From the NCBI GenBank assembly GCA_963727445.1, contig CAVSGI010000009.1:704001-768000 (forward strand): a DNA stretch of 64,000 nt, given 5' to 3'. Source of the stretch: an uncultured delta proteobacterium. Lineage in GTDB: Bacteria > Myxococcota_A > Polyangia > Polyangiales > B10-G4. The notes below the pieces were generated by a model. The model ran no database searches and was not told the origin of the DNA. It worked only from the letters and a program-made list of their open reading frames with translations. Shown here piece after piece: positions 28,367 to 42,386 of this stretch; the first letter of the stretch is position 1, and each line of letters starts with the position of its first letter. A program made the translations under genes and the position numbers.

Positions 28367-30667
28367 CTATCGCGCTTCCGTGAAATCGATCCGCGCGAGC
28401 CAGTCGTCGGCGTGGACCTGATCGCCGACCGTCGCGTCGCTGCGCGCGTGAAAGGCCAGGACCACGGATCGGGCCCGTTCGAGGTCGCCCTCGGCGAACA
28501 GCGCGGTGATCAGCATGCGCTTCGACTCGCGGCGGAGGAGCTCGGTAGGCAGCCCGCGCGCTTCGGCGTCCTCGATCCGCGGCAGCGCCAGATCGTAGCG
28601 CCCGCTCGCCATGAGCTGTCGCGCTTCGAGGTAGGGGCCGAGCCCGTCGAGGCGGCTCGCGCTCAGCTCGCGGTCCTGGGAGACGGCGACGGCGCGATCG
28701 GCCGGGACGCCATCGTGTCCGACGAGCATGTCGAGGATCCGCCGGCCGTCCGCTTCGGGCATCTCCGCGGCAGCGATGAGCTTCACTTCGAGGTTGCGGC
28801 GCGCGTCCTCGGCCTGGGGCCGGTTCAACAGGGAGCGATAGAGCGCGGCGGCTTCTTCTCGGCGCCCTTCGATCCACGCGGCGTCGGCCACCGATTCGGT
28901 GCCGAGGACGATGTAGGGCTCGGGCGCCGGCGGGTCCCCTTCGAGGGACCGGAGCGTGGCGTCGGCGTCGGCGTCGCGACCGTCGCGAGCGAGCGCGCCT
29001 GCATATCGGGCCCGCGTCGCGACGTCGCCGGGATCGATCGCGAGGAGCTCCTCACAGGTGGTCACCGCCGCCGGGGCGTCGCCGGCTGCGAGATCCTCTC
29101 CGAGTCGTTGCTTCAGTCGGGCGACCTCGTGGGGGCACACCGCGGAGAAGATGCTCACCCGCTCGAAGCGAACGCGCGCGAGCGCCAGCGCTTCGTCGGG
29201 AAGCGGCTCCTCGTCGAGGCGCGCGCGCCACCCGCGTTCGAGCTCGGGGAGGGGGACGCCCACGGCGGCTTCGATGTCGCCCGTGCGGTACGCCTCTCGC
29301 ACCACCTCCGCGCCGTGCTCCTCGAGGAGGTAGCGGACGAAGGAGCCGGACACGGTGTACGCGTTGCTCGCGGGCTGCCCCAGGAACGACAGCCCGAAGA
29401 CCGCCGAGAGCGGCGGCATCAGATCCAGCTCGACCATCGCCTTGGCCCACTGGTGGGGCGTGAGGCCGTCGCGCTCGTCCCAAGCGACGGCGACCGCGAC
29501 TCCTTCGATGAGCGACGGGTCCGGCAGATAGCCGCCGAGCTGCCCGCCGACGCGGAACGGACCGGAGGCCGTCTGGCCCGCCACCACGTGCGTGATCTCG
29601 TGAAAGAGCACGGGATGCGGCCAGCCCGAGAGCTGGAGATAGACCTCGTTCCGCCACGGTTCCGCGATGTAGGTGCGCCCCGCGCCCATGTAGCGACGCT
29701 TCTCCTCCTGGTTGCGGAAGAAGAAGGCGGTGACCATCTCGCGTTGATGAACGCCCAGGGTCTCTTCGGCCTCGGTGACGCGAAAGTCGCAGTCCGCAAC
29801 GAGGCGCGTGAGCTCTTCGCGCCGCATCTCCCGCGGTGCGTGCACGATGCAGCGCTCGCCGCGCTCGGTCGCGCCTAGCTCTTCCGCGATGAAGCGGGCA
29901 GAGGAGCGATGCCCGAGCTCTTCTCCGTAGAAGTGCACCAGCGCCGCGCCAGTGAGAAGCGCGAGGCCGAGTGCCGTGGCCAGGGGCGCGCGCAAGAGGC
30001 CGCCGAGGGCGGGGCGCCCGTCGATCTTCGAGGTGCCCAGGTGCACCAGTAGGAAGGTCCCCGCGAGCAGCGCGAGCGTGCCGGCGCGAAAGGTGACGTA
30101 GGCGAGCGGGATGCTCGTGCCTTCGTCGTAGATCGTGCCGGGAAACCAACCGGCGAAGAGGCCGTAGACGAAGATCGCCGGGGAGCTCCAGAAGCGATAG
30201 AGGCCGGTGGCGACCGCCGCGAGGGGCAGGGCGAGGGCCAACGCCGTGGCGAGACGGGGCTGGCGGAGCAGGATCGCCGGGAGCGTTCCGAGGATCGCGG
30301 CGGCGTAGCAGCCGAGGACCGGACCGAGGAGCATGAACGCGACGCCCATGCCCGGCGTGCACTGCTTGATCCTCAGCAGCGCGTCGAGCCAGAGGATCAG
30401 GATGGGCGCGCCCACCACGAAGGTCGCCATCTTCAGCGCGACCAACATCGCGGAGCCGGCGGCGATCGCCGCCCCGCGCCGACGCCGCGCGACCACCAGG
30501 CGGGCGGCGGCCACCGCGACGAAGGGCGGCAACAGAACGCCGAGCACCAGCCCACTCTCCACACCGTGAACGCCGGTGAGGGGCGAGACGCACATGCCCA
30601 GGCCCGCGATTGCGGAGACGATCAGCGCGACCCGCGCGCTCGTCGGGCCGAGTGCCTCGCGCATCAA
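28367..30667 (-). CDS. Multi-TM membrane protein with gluzincin (HExxH...E) domain and TPR-like C-terminus
   Basis: About 7 N-terminal TM segments; FHEITHVV ... LIEGVAV; helical repeats. Confidence 0.72.
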   Translation of the reverse strand: MMREALGPTSARVALIVSAIAGLGMCVSPLTGVHGVESGLVLGVLLPPFVAVAAARLVVARRRRGAAIAAGSAMLVALKMATFVVGAPILILWLDALLRIKQCTPGMGVAFMLLGPVLGCYAAAILGTLPAILLRQPRLATALALALPLAAVATGLYRFWSSPAIFVYGLFAGWFPGTIYDEGTSIPLAYVTFRAGTLALLAGTFLLVHLGTSKIDGRPALGGLLRAPLATALGLALLTGAALVHFYGEELGHRSSARFIAEELGATERGERCIVHAPREMRREELTRLVADCDFRVTEAEETLGVHQREMVTAFFFRNQEEKRRYMGAGRTYIAEPWRNEVYLQLSGWPHPVLFHEITHVVAGQTASGPFRVGGQLGGYLPDPSLIEGVAVAVAWDERDGLTPHQWAKAMVELDLMPPLSAVFGLSFLGQPASNAYTVSGSFVRYLLEEHGAEVVREAYRTGDIEAAVGVPLPELERGWRARLDEEPLPDEALALARVRFERVSIFSAVCPHEVARLKQRLGEDLAAGDAPAAVTTCEELLAIDPGDVATRARYAGALARDGRDADADATLRSLEGDPPAPEPYIVLGTESVADAAWIEGRREEAAALYRSLLNRPQAEDARRNLEVKLIAAAEMPEADGRRILDMLVGHDGVPADRAVAVSQDRELSASRLDGLGPYLEARQLMASGRYDLALPRIEDAEARGLPTELLRRESKRMLITALFAEGDLERARSVVLAFHARSDATVGDQVHADDWLARIDFTEAR

Positions 30668-30686
30668 CCCAGTCGGTCCCCGGCGC

Positions 30687-33059
30687 TCACGCAGGAGGCG
30701 CCGCGGGTGCCTGCGCGTTTTCCGCCGTGTCCAGGTCGAGCGCCAGCTCGAGCACCTCGTCCACCTTCGAGACGAAGTGGATGATGAGGCCCTTGCGGAT
30801 CTGCTCCGGCACCTCGTCCATGTCGGGCTCGTTTCGCTTCGGCAGGATGACGTGCTTGATGCCGGCGCGGTGCGCGGCGAGGCACTTGGCCTTGATCCCG
30901 GTCACCTTCAGCACCGTGCCGCGGAGCGTGACCTCGCCGCTCATGGCGACATCGGGGCGCACCCGCATACGCGTCAGCATCGACGAGAGCGCGACGAAGA
31001 TCGCGATGCCCGCCGCGGCGCCGTCCTTGGGCACCGCACCCTGGGGCAGGTGGATGTGCACGTCGATCTTGGTCAGGAAGTCCTCGGGCAGGCCGAGCTT
31101 GTCCGCGCGCGCGCGGATGTAGGTGAAGGCGGTCGCGACCGACTCCTTCATGATGCCGCCGACGCTCCCGGTGAGGTGCACCTTGCCAGTGCCGGGCATG
31201 CGCTCGGCCTCGACGAACATCAGGTCGCCGCCTGAGGGCGTCCACGAGAGGCTGGTCGCGACCCCGGGGCGCCCGGTCTTCTCGATGGACTGCGGCTTCA
31301 CTCGGGCGGGACCGAGCACGTCCTCGATGTATTCGGGATCCGCCAGCACGTGCACGTCCTCGCCGTCGGCCAGACGAACGGCGACCGCACGACAGACGCT
31401 CGCGACCTTCTGTTCGAGATTGCGGACGCCGGCTTCACGCGTGTACTCCTCGATGAGCCGAACGGTGGCTTCGTCGGTGAACTCCAGGCGCTCCGGCGAC
31501 AATCCGTGCTCCGAGAGCTGCTTGGGGATCAGGAACTGCTGCGCGATGGCCATCTTCTCCTCGCGCGTGTAGCCGGGCAGCTCGATCAACTCCATCCGGT
31601 CGAGCAGGGCGCGCGGGATGGTGTCCTTGCGGTTCGCCGTGGCGATGAACATCACCTGCGACAGATCGAAGGGCACCTCGAGGTAGTGATCGACGAACTC
31701 GAAGTTCTGCTCGGGGTCGAGGACCTCGAGGAGCGCCGAGCCCGGGTCGCCGCGGAAGTCGTTGCCGAGCTTGTCGACCTCGTCGAGGAGCATCACCGGG
31801 TTGCGGGACCCCGCCTTCTTGAACGCGCCGATGATGCGTCCGGGGAAGGAGCCCACGTAGGTCCGGCGATGGCCGCGGATCTCGGCCTCGTCCTGAACGC
31901 CGCCCAGGGAGACGCGCGTGAAGTTGCGCCCCGTGGCGCGCGCGATCGATTTGCCGAGGCTCGTCTTGCCGACGCCGGGCGGGCCGACGAAGCAGAGGAT
32001 CGGCCCCTTCTTGTCGCTGCGCAGCTTGCGCACCGCGATGTACTCGAGGATGCGCCGCTTGATCTTGTCGAGGCCGTGGTGGTCCTCGTCGAGCACGCGC
32101 CTCGCTTCGGCCACGTCGAGGCGGTCGGCGGTCACCTTGCCCCAGGGCAGGTCCGCGAGCCACTCCACGTACTGGCGTGACACGTGATACTCGTTGCCCG
32201 CCGGCGACATCGACCGCATGCGCGAGAGCTGCTTCTTGGCCGCGCGCTCGGCCTCCGGGGGAAGCTCTGCGCGCGCCAGTCGGTCGCGCAGGTTCTCGAT
32301 ATCGTCCTCGTCGTCCGCGTCCTCGCCGAGCTCGCGGCGGATCGCCTTCATCTGCTGGCGCAGGAGATACTCGCGCTGTGAACGCGACATCTCCTCCTGC
32401 ACCATGGTGTTGATCTCCTTCTTGACGCGGTGCACCTCGTTCTGGCGCCCCACCAGCTCGGAGACCTTGCGGAGCCGCTCGCGCACGTCGAGAATCTCCA
32501 GCACCGCCTGCTTGGACTCGGTGTTCACCGGCAGGTTGCTCGCGACGAGATCGGCGAGGGAGCCCGGGTCCTGCACGTTGTCGAGGACCTGACTGGTCTC
32601 GCGCGACTGACCCGGCAGGAAACCGGAGAGCTTGCGCATCGACTCGCGCAGGCTCTCCGCCAGCGCGTCGATCTCCACGTCGCGCATCGGCGTCTCGTGA
32701 ATGCGGCTCACCCGCGCGCGCATGCACGGCGAGCGCGTGATGCCTTCGAGGATCTGCATGCGCGCGACGCCCTGGAGCACGACGCTGTAGTTGCCGCTGC
32801 TGAGGCGGATCACCTTGAGCACGCGTGCGACCGTGCCGAGCTGGTGGACCTCCTCGAAGGTCGGGTCTTCGAACTCGAGCTTCTTCTGAGCGACGACGCC
32901 GATGGTGGGGCGCTCCTCGCCGAAGGCTTCTTCGATCAGACGCACCGAACGGGGGCGGCCCACGTTGACGGGCACCACCGAGGCGGGAAAGAGAACCGAG
33001 TTGCGAAGGGGGAGGATCGGCAGCACTGCTTCGCCGCCGGGGATGACCGAGTCACTCAT
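30687..33059 (-). CDS. lon: Lon (endopeptidase La) homolog with catalytic Ser replaced by Ala
   Basis: LPLRNSVLFP N-domain, GPPGVGKT, IRGHRRTYVG, LLDEVDK; protease motif reads PKDGAAAG instead of PKDGPSAG. Confidence 0.93.
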   Translation of the reverse strand: MSDSVIPGGEAVLPILPLRNSVLFPASVVPVNVGRPRSVRLIEEAFGEERPTIGVVAQKKLEFEDPTFEEVHQLGTVARVLKVIRLSSGNYSVVLQGVARMQILEGITRSPCMRARVSRIHETPMRDVEIDALAESLRESMRKLSGFLPGQSRETSQVLDNVQDPGSLADLVASNLPVNTESKQAVLEILDVRERLRKVSELVGRQNEVHRVKKEINTMVQEEMSRSQREYLLRQQMKAIRRELGEDADDEDDIENLRDRLARAELPPEAERAAKKQLSRMRSMSPAGNEYHVSRQYVEWLADLPWGKVTADRLDVAEARRVLDEDHHGLDKIKRRILEYIAVRKLRSDKKGPILCFVGPPGVGKTSLGKSIARATGRNFTRVSLGGVQDEAEIRGHRRTYVGSFPGRIIGAFKKAGSRNPVMLLDEVDKLGNDFRGDPGSALLEVLDPEQNFEFVDHYLEVPFDLSQVMFIATANRKDTIPRALLDRMELIELPGYTREEKMAIAQQFLIPKQLSEHGLSPERLEFTDEATVRLIEEYTREAGVRNLEQKVASVCRAVAVRLADGEDVHVLADPEYIEDVLGPARVKPQSIEKTGRPGVATSLSWTPSGGDLMFVEAERMPGTGKVHLTGSVGGIMKESVATAFTYIRARADKLGLPEDFLTKIDVHIHLPQGAVPKDGAAAGIAIFVALSSMLTRMRVRPDVAMSGEVTLRGTVLKVTGIKAKCLAAHRAGIKHVILPKRNEPDMDEVPEQIRKGLIIHFVSKVDEVLELALDLDTAENAQAPAAPPA

Positions 33060-33135
33060 GAGGCGTGTAGTGTCGCTGAGTTACGCGTTTCTTCAACCAT
33101 CGCCCTTTGCCAACCGCCATTCACCTGTTACAAGT

Positions 33136-33177
33136 TTGACCTCCCAGGTAGGGGTGTAGGATAAATACCTACAGGTA
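33136..33177. promoter_or_regulatory. Promoter/operator region between the divergent lon and small gene
   Basis: TTGACC at 33136; inverted repeat TGTAGG-ATAAATA-CCTACA 33155-33173 overlapping TACCT-AC-AGGTA 33166-33177; locally AT-rich. Confidence 0.55.
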
Positions 33178-33198
33178 ACCCCGCCGAGGTCGTACAGA

Positions 33199-33396
33199 AT
33201 GAACAAGACGTCGCTCACCCTCCTGGCTCTGACCCCGCTACTCCTCGCTGGCTGTCATGGGGCCATCCTCGGAAACCTCCTGGTCCTGGGGATCACCGTG
33301 GGCATCTTCGTCGGCACCCTGGGCCTCGGTCGCGTCACCGCCACCGGCGCCGCGCGCGCCCGCAACGCCGAGACGAGCACCAGCTCGCACGGCTGA
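33199..33396 (+). CDS. Small membrane lipoprotein-like protein (65 aa)
   Basis: GAGG RBS; MNK + hydrophobic + LAGC, then a second hydrophobic stretch; GC3-rich codons. Confidence 0.65.
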   Translation: MNKTSLTLLALTPLLLAGCHGAILGNLLVLGITVGIFVGTLGLGRVTATGAARARNAETSTSSHG

Positions 33397-33408
33397 GGCG
33401 AGCACCGC

Positions 33409-35703
33409 TCAGAGGGCGGCGCGTGCGCTCTCGAGCGCGTCGGCCATCTCCGACGCCGAAGCGAAGCGCGCTTCCTGATCACGGCTGAGCGCGCGGAGGA
33501 CGACCTCCTCCACGGGGACCGGGATGTCCGGGCAATGGGCGCGAAGGTCCGGCTCGGGGCCGTTCGTGATCGCGTAGAGGAGGGCGTGGACGACCTCGGC
33601 CACGAAGGGGGGCTGTCCCGCGAGGAGCTCGAAGAGCACCACGCCGAGGGCGTAGATGTCGGTGCGGGCGTCGACGTCGTCGGGCCGCCTGATCTGTTCG
33701 GGGGCCATGTAGAAGGGCGTGCCCACGATCTGGCCCGTCTTGGTCTGGCCGCCGTCTCCATGTTTGGAGATGCCGAAGTCGAGGACCTTCACGCCGCGAT
33801 TCGACACGAAGATGTTGCCCGGTTTGAGGTCGCGGTGGATGACCCCCGCCTCGTGGGCTGCGGCGATGCCCCGGGCGGCCTCGGTGCAGATCTCGAGGGC
33901 GCGCTCGACGCGGAGCGCTTCCCCTTCGGCGAGCATCGCCTCGAGCGATCGTCCTTCGAGTCGCTCCATCACGATGTAGGGCTCGTCTCCGTGCATCCCG
34001 GCGTCATAGATGTCCACGACGTTCGGGTGCTTGATGCGACCGCACGCCCGCGCCTCGGCGAGGAAGCGCTTGCAGTGGGTGGAGTCTCCGCAGACCGTTC
34101 GCTTGAGCACCTTCACCGCCACATCGCGGCCGGTGATCAGATGCCGGCCGGCGTGAACGACGCCCATCCCACCGATACCCAGCACGTCGCCGATCTCGAT
34201 CTTGTCGTCCAGCGTCTGACCTTCGCGAAGGGGTACCGACTGAATCAAGGGTGGCGGCACCTCCACGTCCAGGGCCGACATGGTCTCCGCCAGGACGGGG
34301 CTGTCGGCGTCGATGCGATTCGGGGTGATGGACTCCAGCGTCGCGCGGGCGCGGGAGCGTTCGACCTTCGCTCGGCCCGCGTCCCCCAGGGCGTCGTAGG
34401 CGTCGGCGAGTAGGCCGCGCGCTTGCCCCAGGTCGTAGCACGCACCCAACAGCTTCCAGGCGCGCACGGCGCGCTTGGCGCTGCTCACCGCGGAGGTCAC
34501 CTCGCCATGTGCGAGGTGCAACCGGGTCCGCGCCGTGGCGGCCTGCGCCTGGATCCCCAGCGTCCCGAATCGTGCCGCCGATTCGGCGAGCTCCTGGGCG
34601 GCGGCTTCTGCCGCTTCGAGGTCCTCGAGCTCGACGCAAGCGGCCACCAGGGCGGGGAGGTGACGCGTTCGCCCGTGCGGGTCGTGCGCGAGGTCGTTCA
34701 GCTTGGCCTCGCACAGCTCACGGGCGGTCTTGGCGTCCCCGCGCTCGAGGGCGAGTAGCGCGAGGCCAGGCATCGGATCGAGTCCGAGCTCCTCGGCGTC
34801 GTGGAACGCGGCCTCGGCCTGGTCGAGGGCTCCGCCTTCGAGCCGAAGGTAGCCGAGCTCGCTATGGGCGAACGCTTTCGCGATCGTGAATCGATGCTTC
34901 TCGAAAACCACGAGGGCTTCGCGCACTTGCTCCTCCGCGCGCTGGTGGTCCCCCACGAAGCGCAGCAGCTCGGCTCGATGAACGCGGCACAGACCGGGGA
35001 AGCCGCAGACGCGTCGTTGGTCGATCCAGGCCCCGGCGGCCTCCGTCCACTCGAGCGCGCGCTCCAGGTCGCCCAGGTTGCGACAGAAGTCGATGGTGTT
35101 GCAGTAGATCATCGCGCCGGTGATGGGGCGGGTTCGGTCTCGGTTGACCAGGAGCATCGCCTCGTCCACGTCGGCGGTCGCTTCTTCGACGCGACCCTTT
35201 CGCATCATCAGCGCTGCTCGACGACTGAGGGCGAGCGCTTCGTTGTCTTCGTCGTCGTGCTTGCGTGCGAGGGCGTGTCCCCGCTCCACCATCTCCACCG
35301 CCTGGTCAATCTGACCGCCGATCACCGCGAGGAACCCCTGCAGGATGGCGGCCCGGGCGTGGCCGGCGCCTTCCGGGGCTTCCGCCGCCATCCGGAAGAT
35401 GCGCCGAGCCCACCCCTTGGCCTGCGCCGTGTCTCCCACGACGCCGTGGTAGTCGGCGACGTCGGCGGCGACCCGGATGGCGTCGTGGATCCGACCCTCT
35501 TCCATGTAGGCGTCGTACGCGCGCGCAAAGAGGTCCGCAGGCTTTTCACCGATGAGCCATGCGTCCATCGCCATGCGTTCGAGATCTTCGGAGCCGAGCC
35601 TGTGTCCTGCCTCTTCCGCCGCCCGATAGAAGGCGTAGGCCTCCTCCCACGCCCTGGCCTCGTGGGCTTGCCTACCTTTCTGCGAAGCCAGCTCCCCGCT
35701 CAC
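33409..35703 (-). CDS. TPR-like sensor domain fused to a C-terminal Ser/Thr kinase
   Basis: About 460-aa helical N-terminus; LGIGGMG, VAVK, HRDLKPGN, DFG, GTPFYMAPE. Confidence 0.88.
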   Translation of the reverse strand: MSGELASQKGRQAHEARAWEEAYAFYRAAEEAGHRLGSEDLERMAMDAWLIGEKPADLFARAYDAYMEEGRIHDAIRVAADVADYHGVVGDTAQAKGWARRIFRMAAEAPEGAGHARAAILQGFLAVIGGQIDQAVEMVERGHALARKHDDEDNEALALSRRAALMMRKGRVEEATADVDEAMLLVNRDRTRPITGAMIYCNTIDFCRNLGDLERALEWTEAAGAWIDQRRVCGFPGLCRVHRAELLRFVGDHQRAEEQVREALVVFEKHRFTIAKAFAHSELGYLRLEGGALDQAEAAFHDAEELGLDPMPGLALLALERGDAKTARELCEAKLNDLAHDPHGRTRHLPALVAACVELEDLEAAEAAAQELAESAARFGTLGIQAQAATARTRLHLAHGEVTSAVSSAKRAVRAWKLLGACYDLGQARGLLADAYDALGDAGRAKVERSRARATLESITPNRIDADSPVLAETMSALDVEVPPPLIQSVPLREGQTLDDKIEIGDVLGIGGMGVVHAGRHLITGRDVAVKVLKRTVCGDSTHCKRFLAEARACGRIKHPNVVDIYDAGMHGDEPYIVMERLEGRSLEAMLAEGEALRVERALEICTEAARGIAAAHEAGVIHRDLKPGNIFVSNRGVKVLDFGISKHGDGGQTKTGQIVGTPFYMAPEQIRRPDDVDARTDIYALGVVLFELLAGQPPFVAEVVHALLYAITNGPEPDLRAHCPDIPVPVEEVVLRALSRDQEARFASASEMADALESARAAL

Positions 35704-35755
35704 GTGCTGACCCTAACATTGCCGAGCGATGATGAGCGCAGGTCCAGGATCGGTC

Positions 35756-35783
35756 TTGACACGTCGCGTCAAACGGGTATATG
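35756..35783 (+). promoter_or_regulatory. Sigma70-like promoter with palindrome upstream of lrp-gltBD
   Basis: TTGACA-N16-TATATG; TTGAC-N7-GTCAA inverted repeat at 35756-35772. Confidence 0.5.
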
Positions 35784-35793
35784 TAAGGTGCGA

Positions 35794-36333
35794 ATGGGGT
35801 CCAACCTAACAAAATTAGAAAATGAGCCCCTGGACCGAACGGATGCTCAATTGGCGGACGCGCTCCAGCGCGATGCCAAGCAGAGCCTCGCGGATCTGGG
35901 AGCGTTGGTCGGCCTCACTGCCCCCGCAGTGCACGAACGGGTGCGCAAGCTCGAACAGCGCGGCGTGATCCGCGGCTACCACGCACTGCTCGACGGAAAG
36001 GCCGTTGGTCTCGACATCACGGCCTTCGTCGGAGTGGGCGTGCGCGATCCCGCATGCGTGGCGGGGGTCGAGGCATGGGTCGTGGAGCGGCCCGAGATCC
36101 TCGAGTGCCATCACGTGACCGGCAACTACACGCTTCTGCTCAAGGCGAAGGTGAAGAACACCGGCGCCCTCGAGACGCTGATCAACGCCACACGCGCGCG
36201 CGAAGGCGTGACCGGCACCGACACGATGGTCGTGTTCTCGACGAGCGTCGAGCGCATCCCCGTCGCGCTCGACGTCCCCGATGCCGAGCCCGGTGTTCGG
36301 CGTCGCGGCCGGCCCCGCAAGAAGGCGAGCTGA
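35794..36333 (+). CDS. Lrp/AsnC family transcriptional regulator
   Basis: [43 protein letters not shown]. Confidence 0.92.
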   Translation: MGSNLTKLENEPLDRTDAQLADALQRDAKQSLADLGALVGLTAPAVHERVRKLEQRGVIRGYHALLDGKAVGLDITAFVGVGVRDPACVAGVEAWVVERPEILECHHVTGNYTLLLKAKVKNTGALETLINATRAREGVTGTDTMVVFSTSVERIPVALDVPDAEPGVRRRGRPRKKAS

Positions 36334-36356
36334 GGCCCTTCTCACAGAGAGTGGAG

Positions 36357-40906
<4,550 letters not shown>

Positions 40907-40907
<1 letters not shown>

Positions 40908-42373
40908 TGGGCGACCCCACCGCGTTCAAGGAGATCGAGCGGCGCGAGCTGCCCAAAGAGGATGCGAAGCGGCGCCTCGCCCATTTTCGGGAGTTCGTCA
41001 GCGAGCCCCCCGATTCGCACGTCGTTTCTCAAGCGGCGCGGTGCATGGACTGCGGCGTTCCCTTCTGCCAATCCGACCGCGGCTGTCCTCTCGGCAACCG
41101 GATCCCCGAGTGGAACGATCTCGTCTATCAGGGGCGCTACCGGGAAGCGTGGGGACGGCTGCACGCGACGAACAACTTCCCCGAGGTCACCGGACGCGTG
41201 TGCCCGGCGCCGTGCGAGACCGCGTGCGTGCTCGGCATCGATTCCCCGCCCGTCACCATCGAGGACATCGAGCGTTCCATCGCCGACCACGGCTTCGAAG
41301 CGGGCTGGCTCGAGCCGCGGCCGGCGATGCATCGCACGGGCAAGAAGGTCGCCATCGTCGGCTCGGGGCCCGCGGGTCTCGCCGCAGCCCAGCAGCTCGT
41401 CCGTGCCGGTCACGACGTCACGGTCTACGAGCGCGAGGACCGCGTCGGTGGCCTGCTGACCTACGGCATCCCCAACATGAAGCTCGACAAGGAGCTCGTC
41501 GAAAGGCGCGTCGCCCAGCTCACGGCGGAGGGGGTGATCTTCGTGACGGGCGCCAACGTGGGCGTCGACGTGGACGTCGCGGCGCTCCACGAGCGCAGCG
41601 ACGCCCTCCTCCTCTCGATCGGCTCCACGCGCCCGCGCGATCTCTCCATCCCGGGGCGCGATCTCGACGGAGTCCACTTCGCGATGGACTTCCTGACCAG
41701 CACCACCAAGAGCCTGCTCGATCATCAGATGCGCGAGGGAACGTATCTGTCGGCGAAGGGAAGGCGGGTGGTGGTGATCGGCGGTGGGGACACGGGCACC
41801 GACTGCATCGCGACCGCGCTGCGTCACGGGTGCAAGGAGCTCACCGCCTTCGAGATCCTCGAGCGGCCGCCGGAGGCGCGGGGCCCGGACGCCCCCTGGC
41901 CCGAGTGGCCGCGCATCTTCCGGGTCGACTACGGGCACGCCGAGGCGAAGGCCCGCGACGGTCACGACCCGCGCGTCTTCGGTGTGCTCACCAAGGGCTT
42001 CGTCGGTGATGGCTCGGGGCGTGTGGCCGGGATCGTCACCGCCAACGTGGAGTGGGAGGCCGACGAGGCGGGGCGACCTTTGCTCCGCGAGGTCCCCGGC
42101 AGTGAACGCACGTGGGAGGCGGATCTGGTGCTGCTCGCGATGGGCTTCGTCGGCCCGGAGAACACCCTCGGTGATCAGCTGGGCCTCGCGCGCGACGGTC
42201 GCGACAACTACGCAGCCCAGGATGGGCGCTTTCGCACCAACGTCGCCGACGTCTTCGTCGCCGGGGACTGTCGCCGCGGCCAGTCCCTGGTGGTGTGGGC
42301 GATCGCCGAAGGGCGAGGTGCCGCGCGGGCCATCGACGAGTACCTCGTGGGCGAGTCGGTGCTCCCGGTCTGA
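40907..42373 (+). CDS. gltD: Glutamate synthase small subunit
   Basis: [52 protein letters not shown]. Confidence 0.97.
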
Positions 42374-42386
42374 GCCGGACGAGCGC

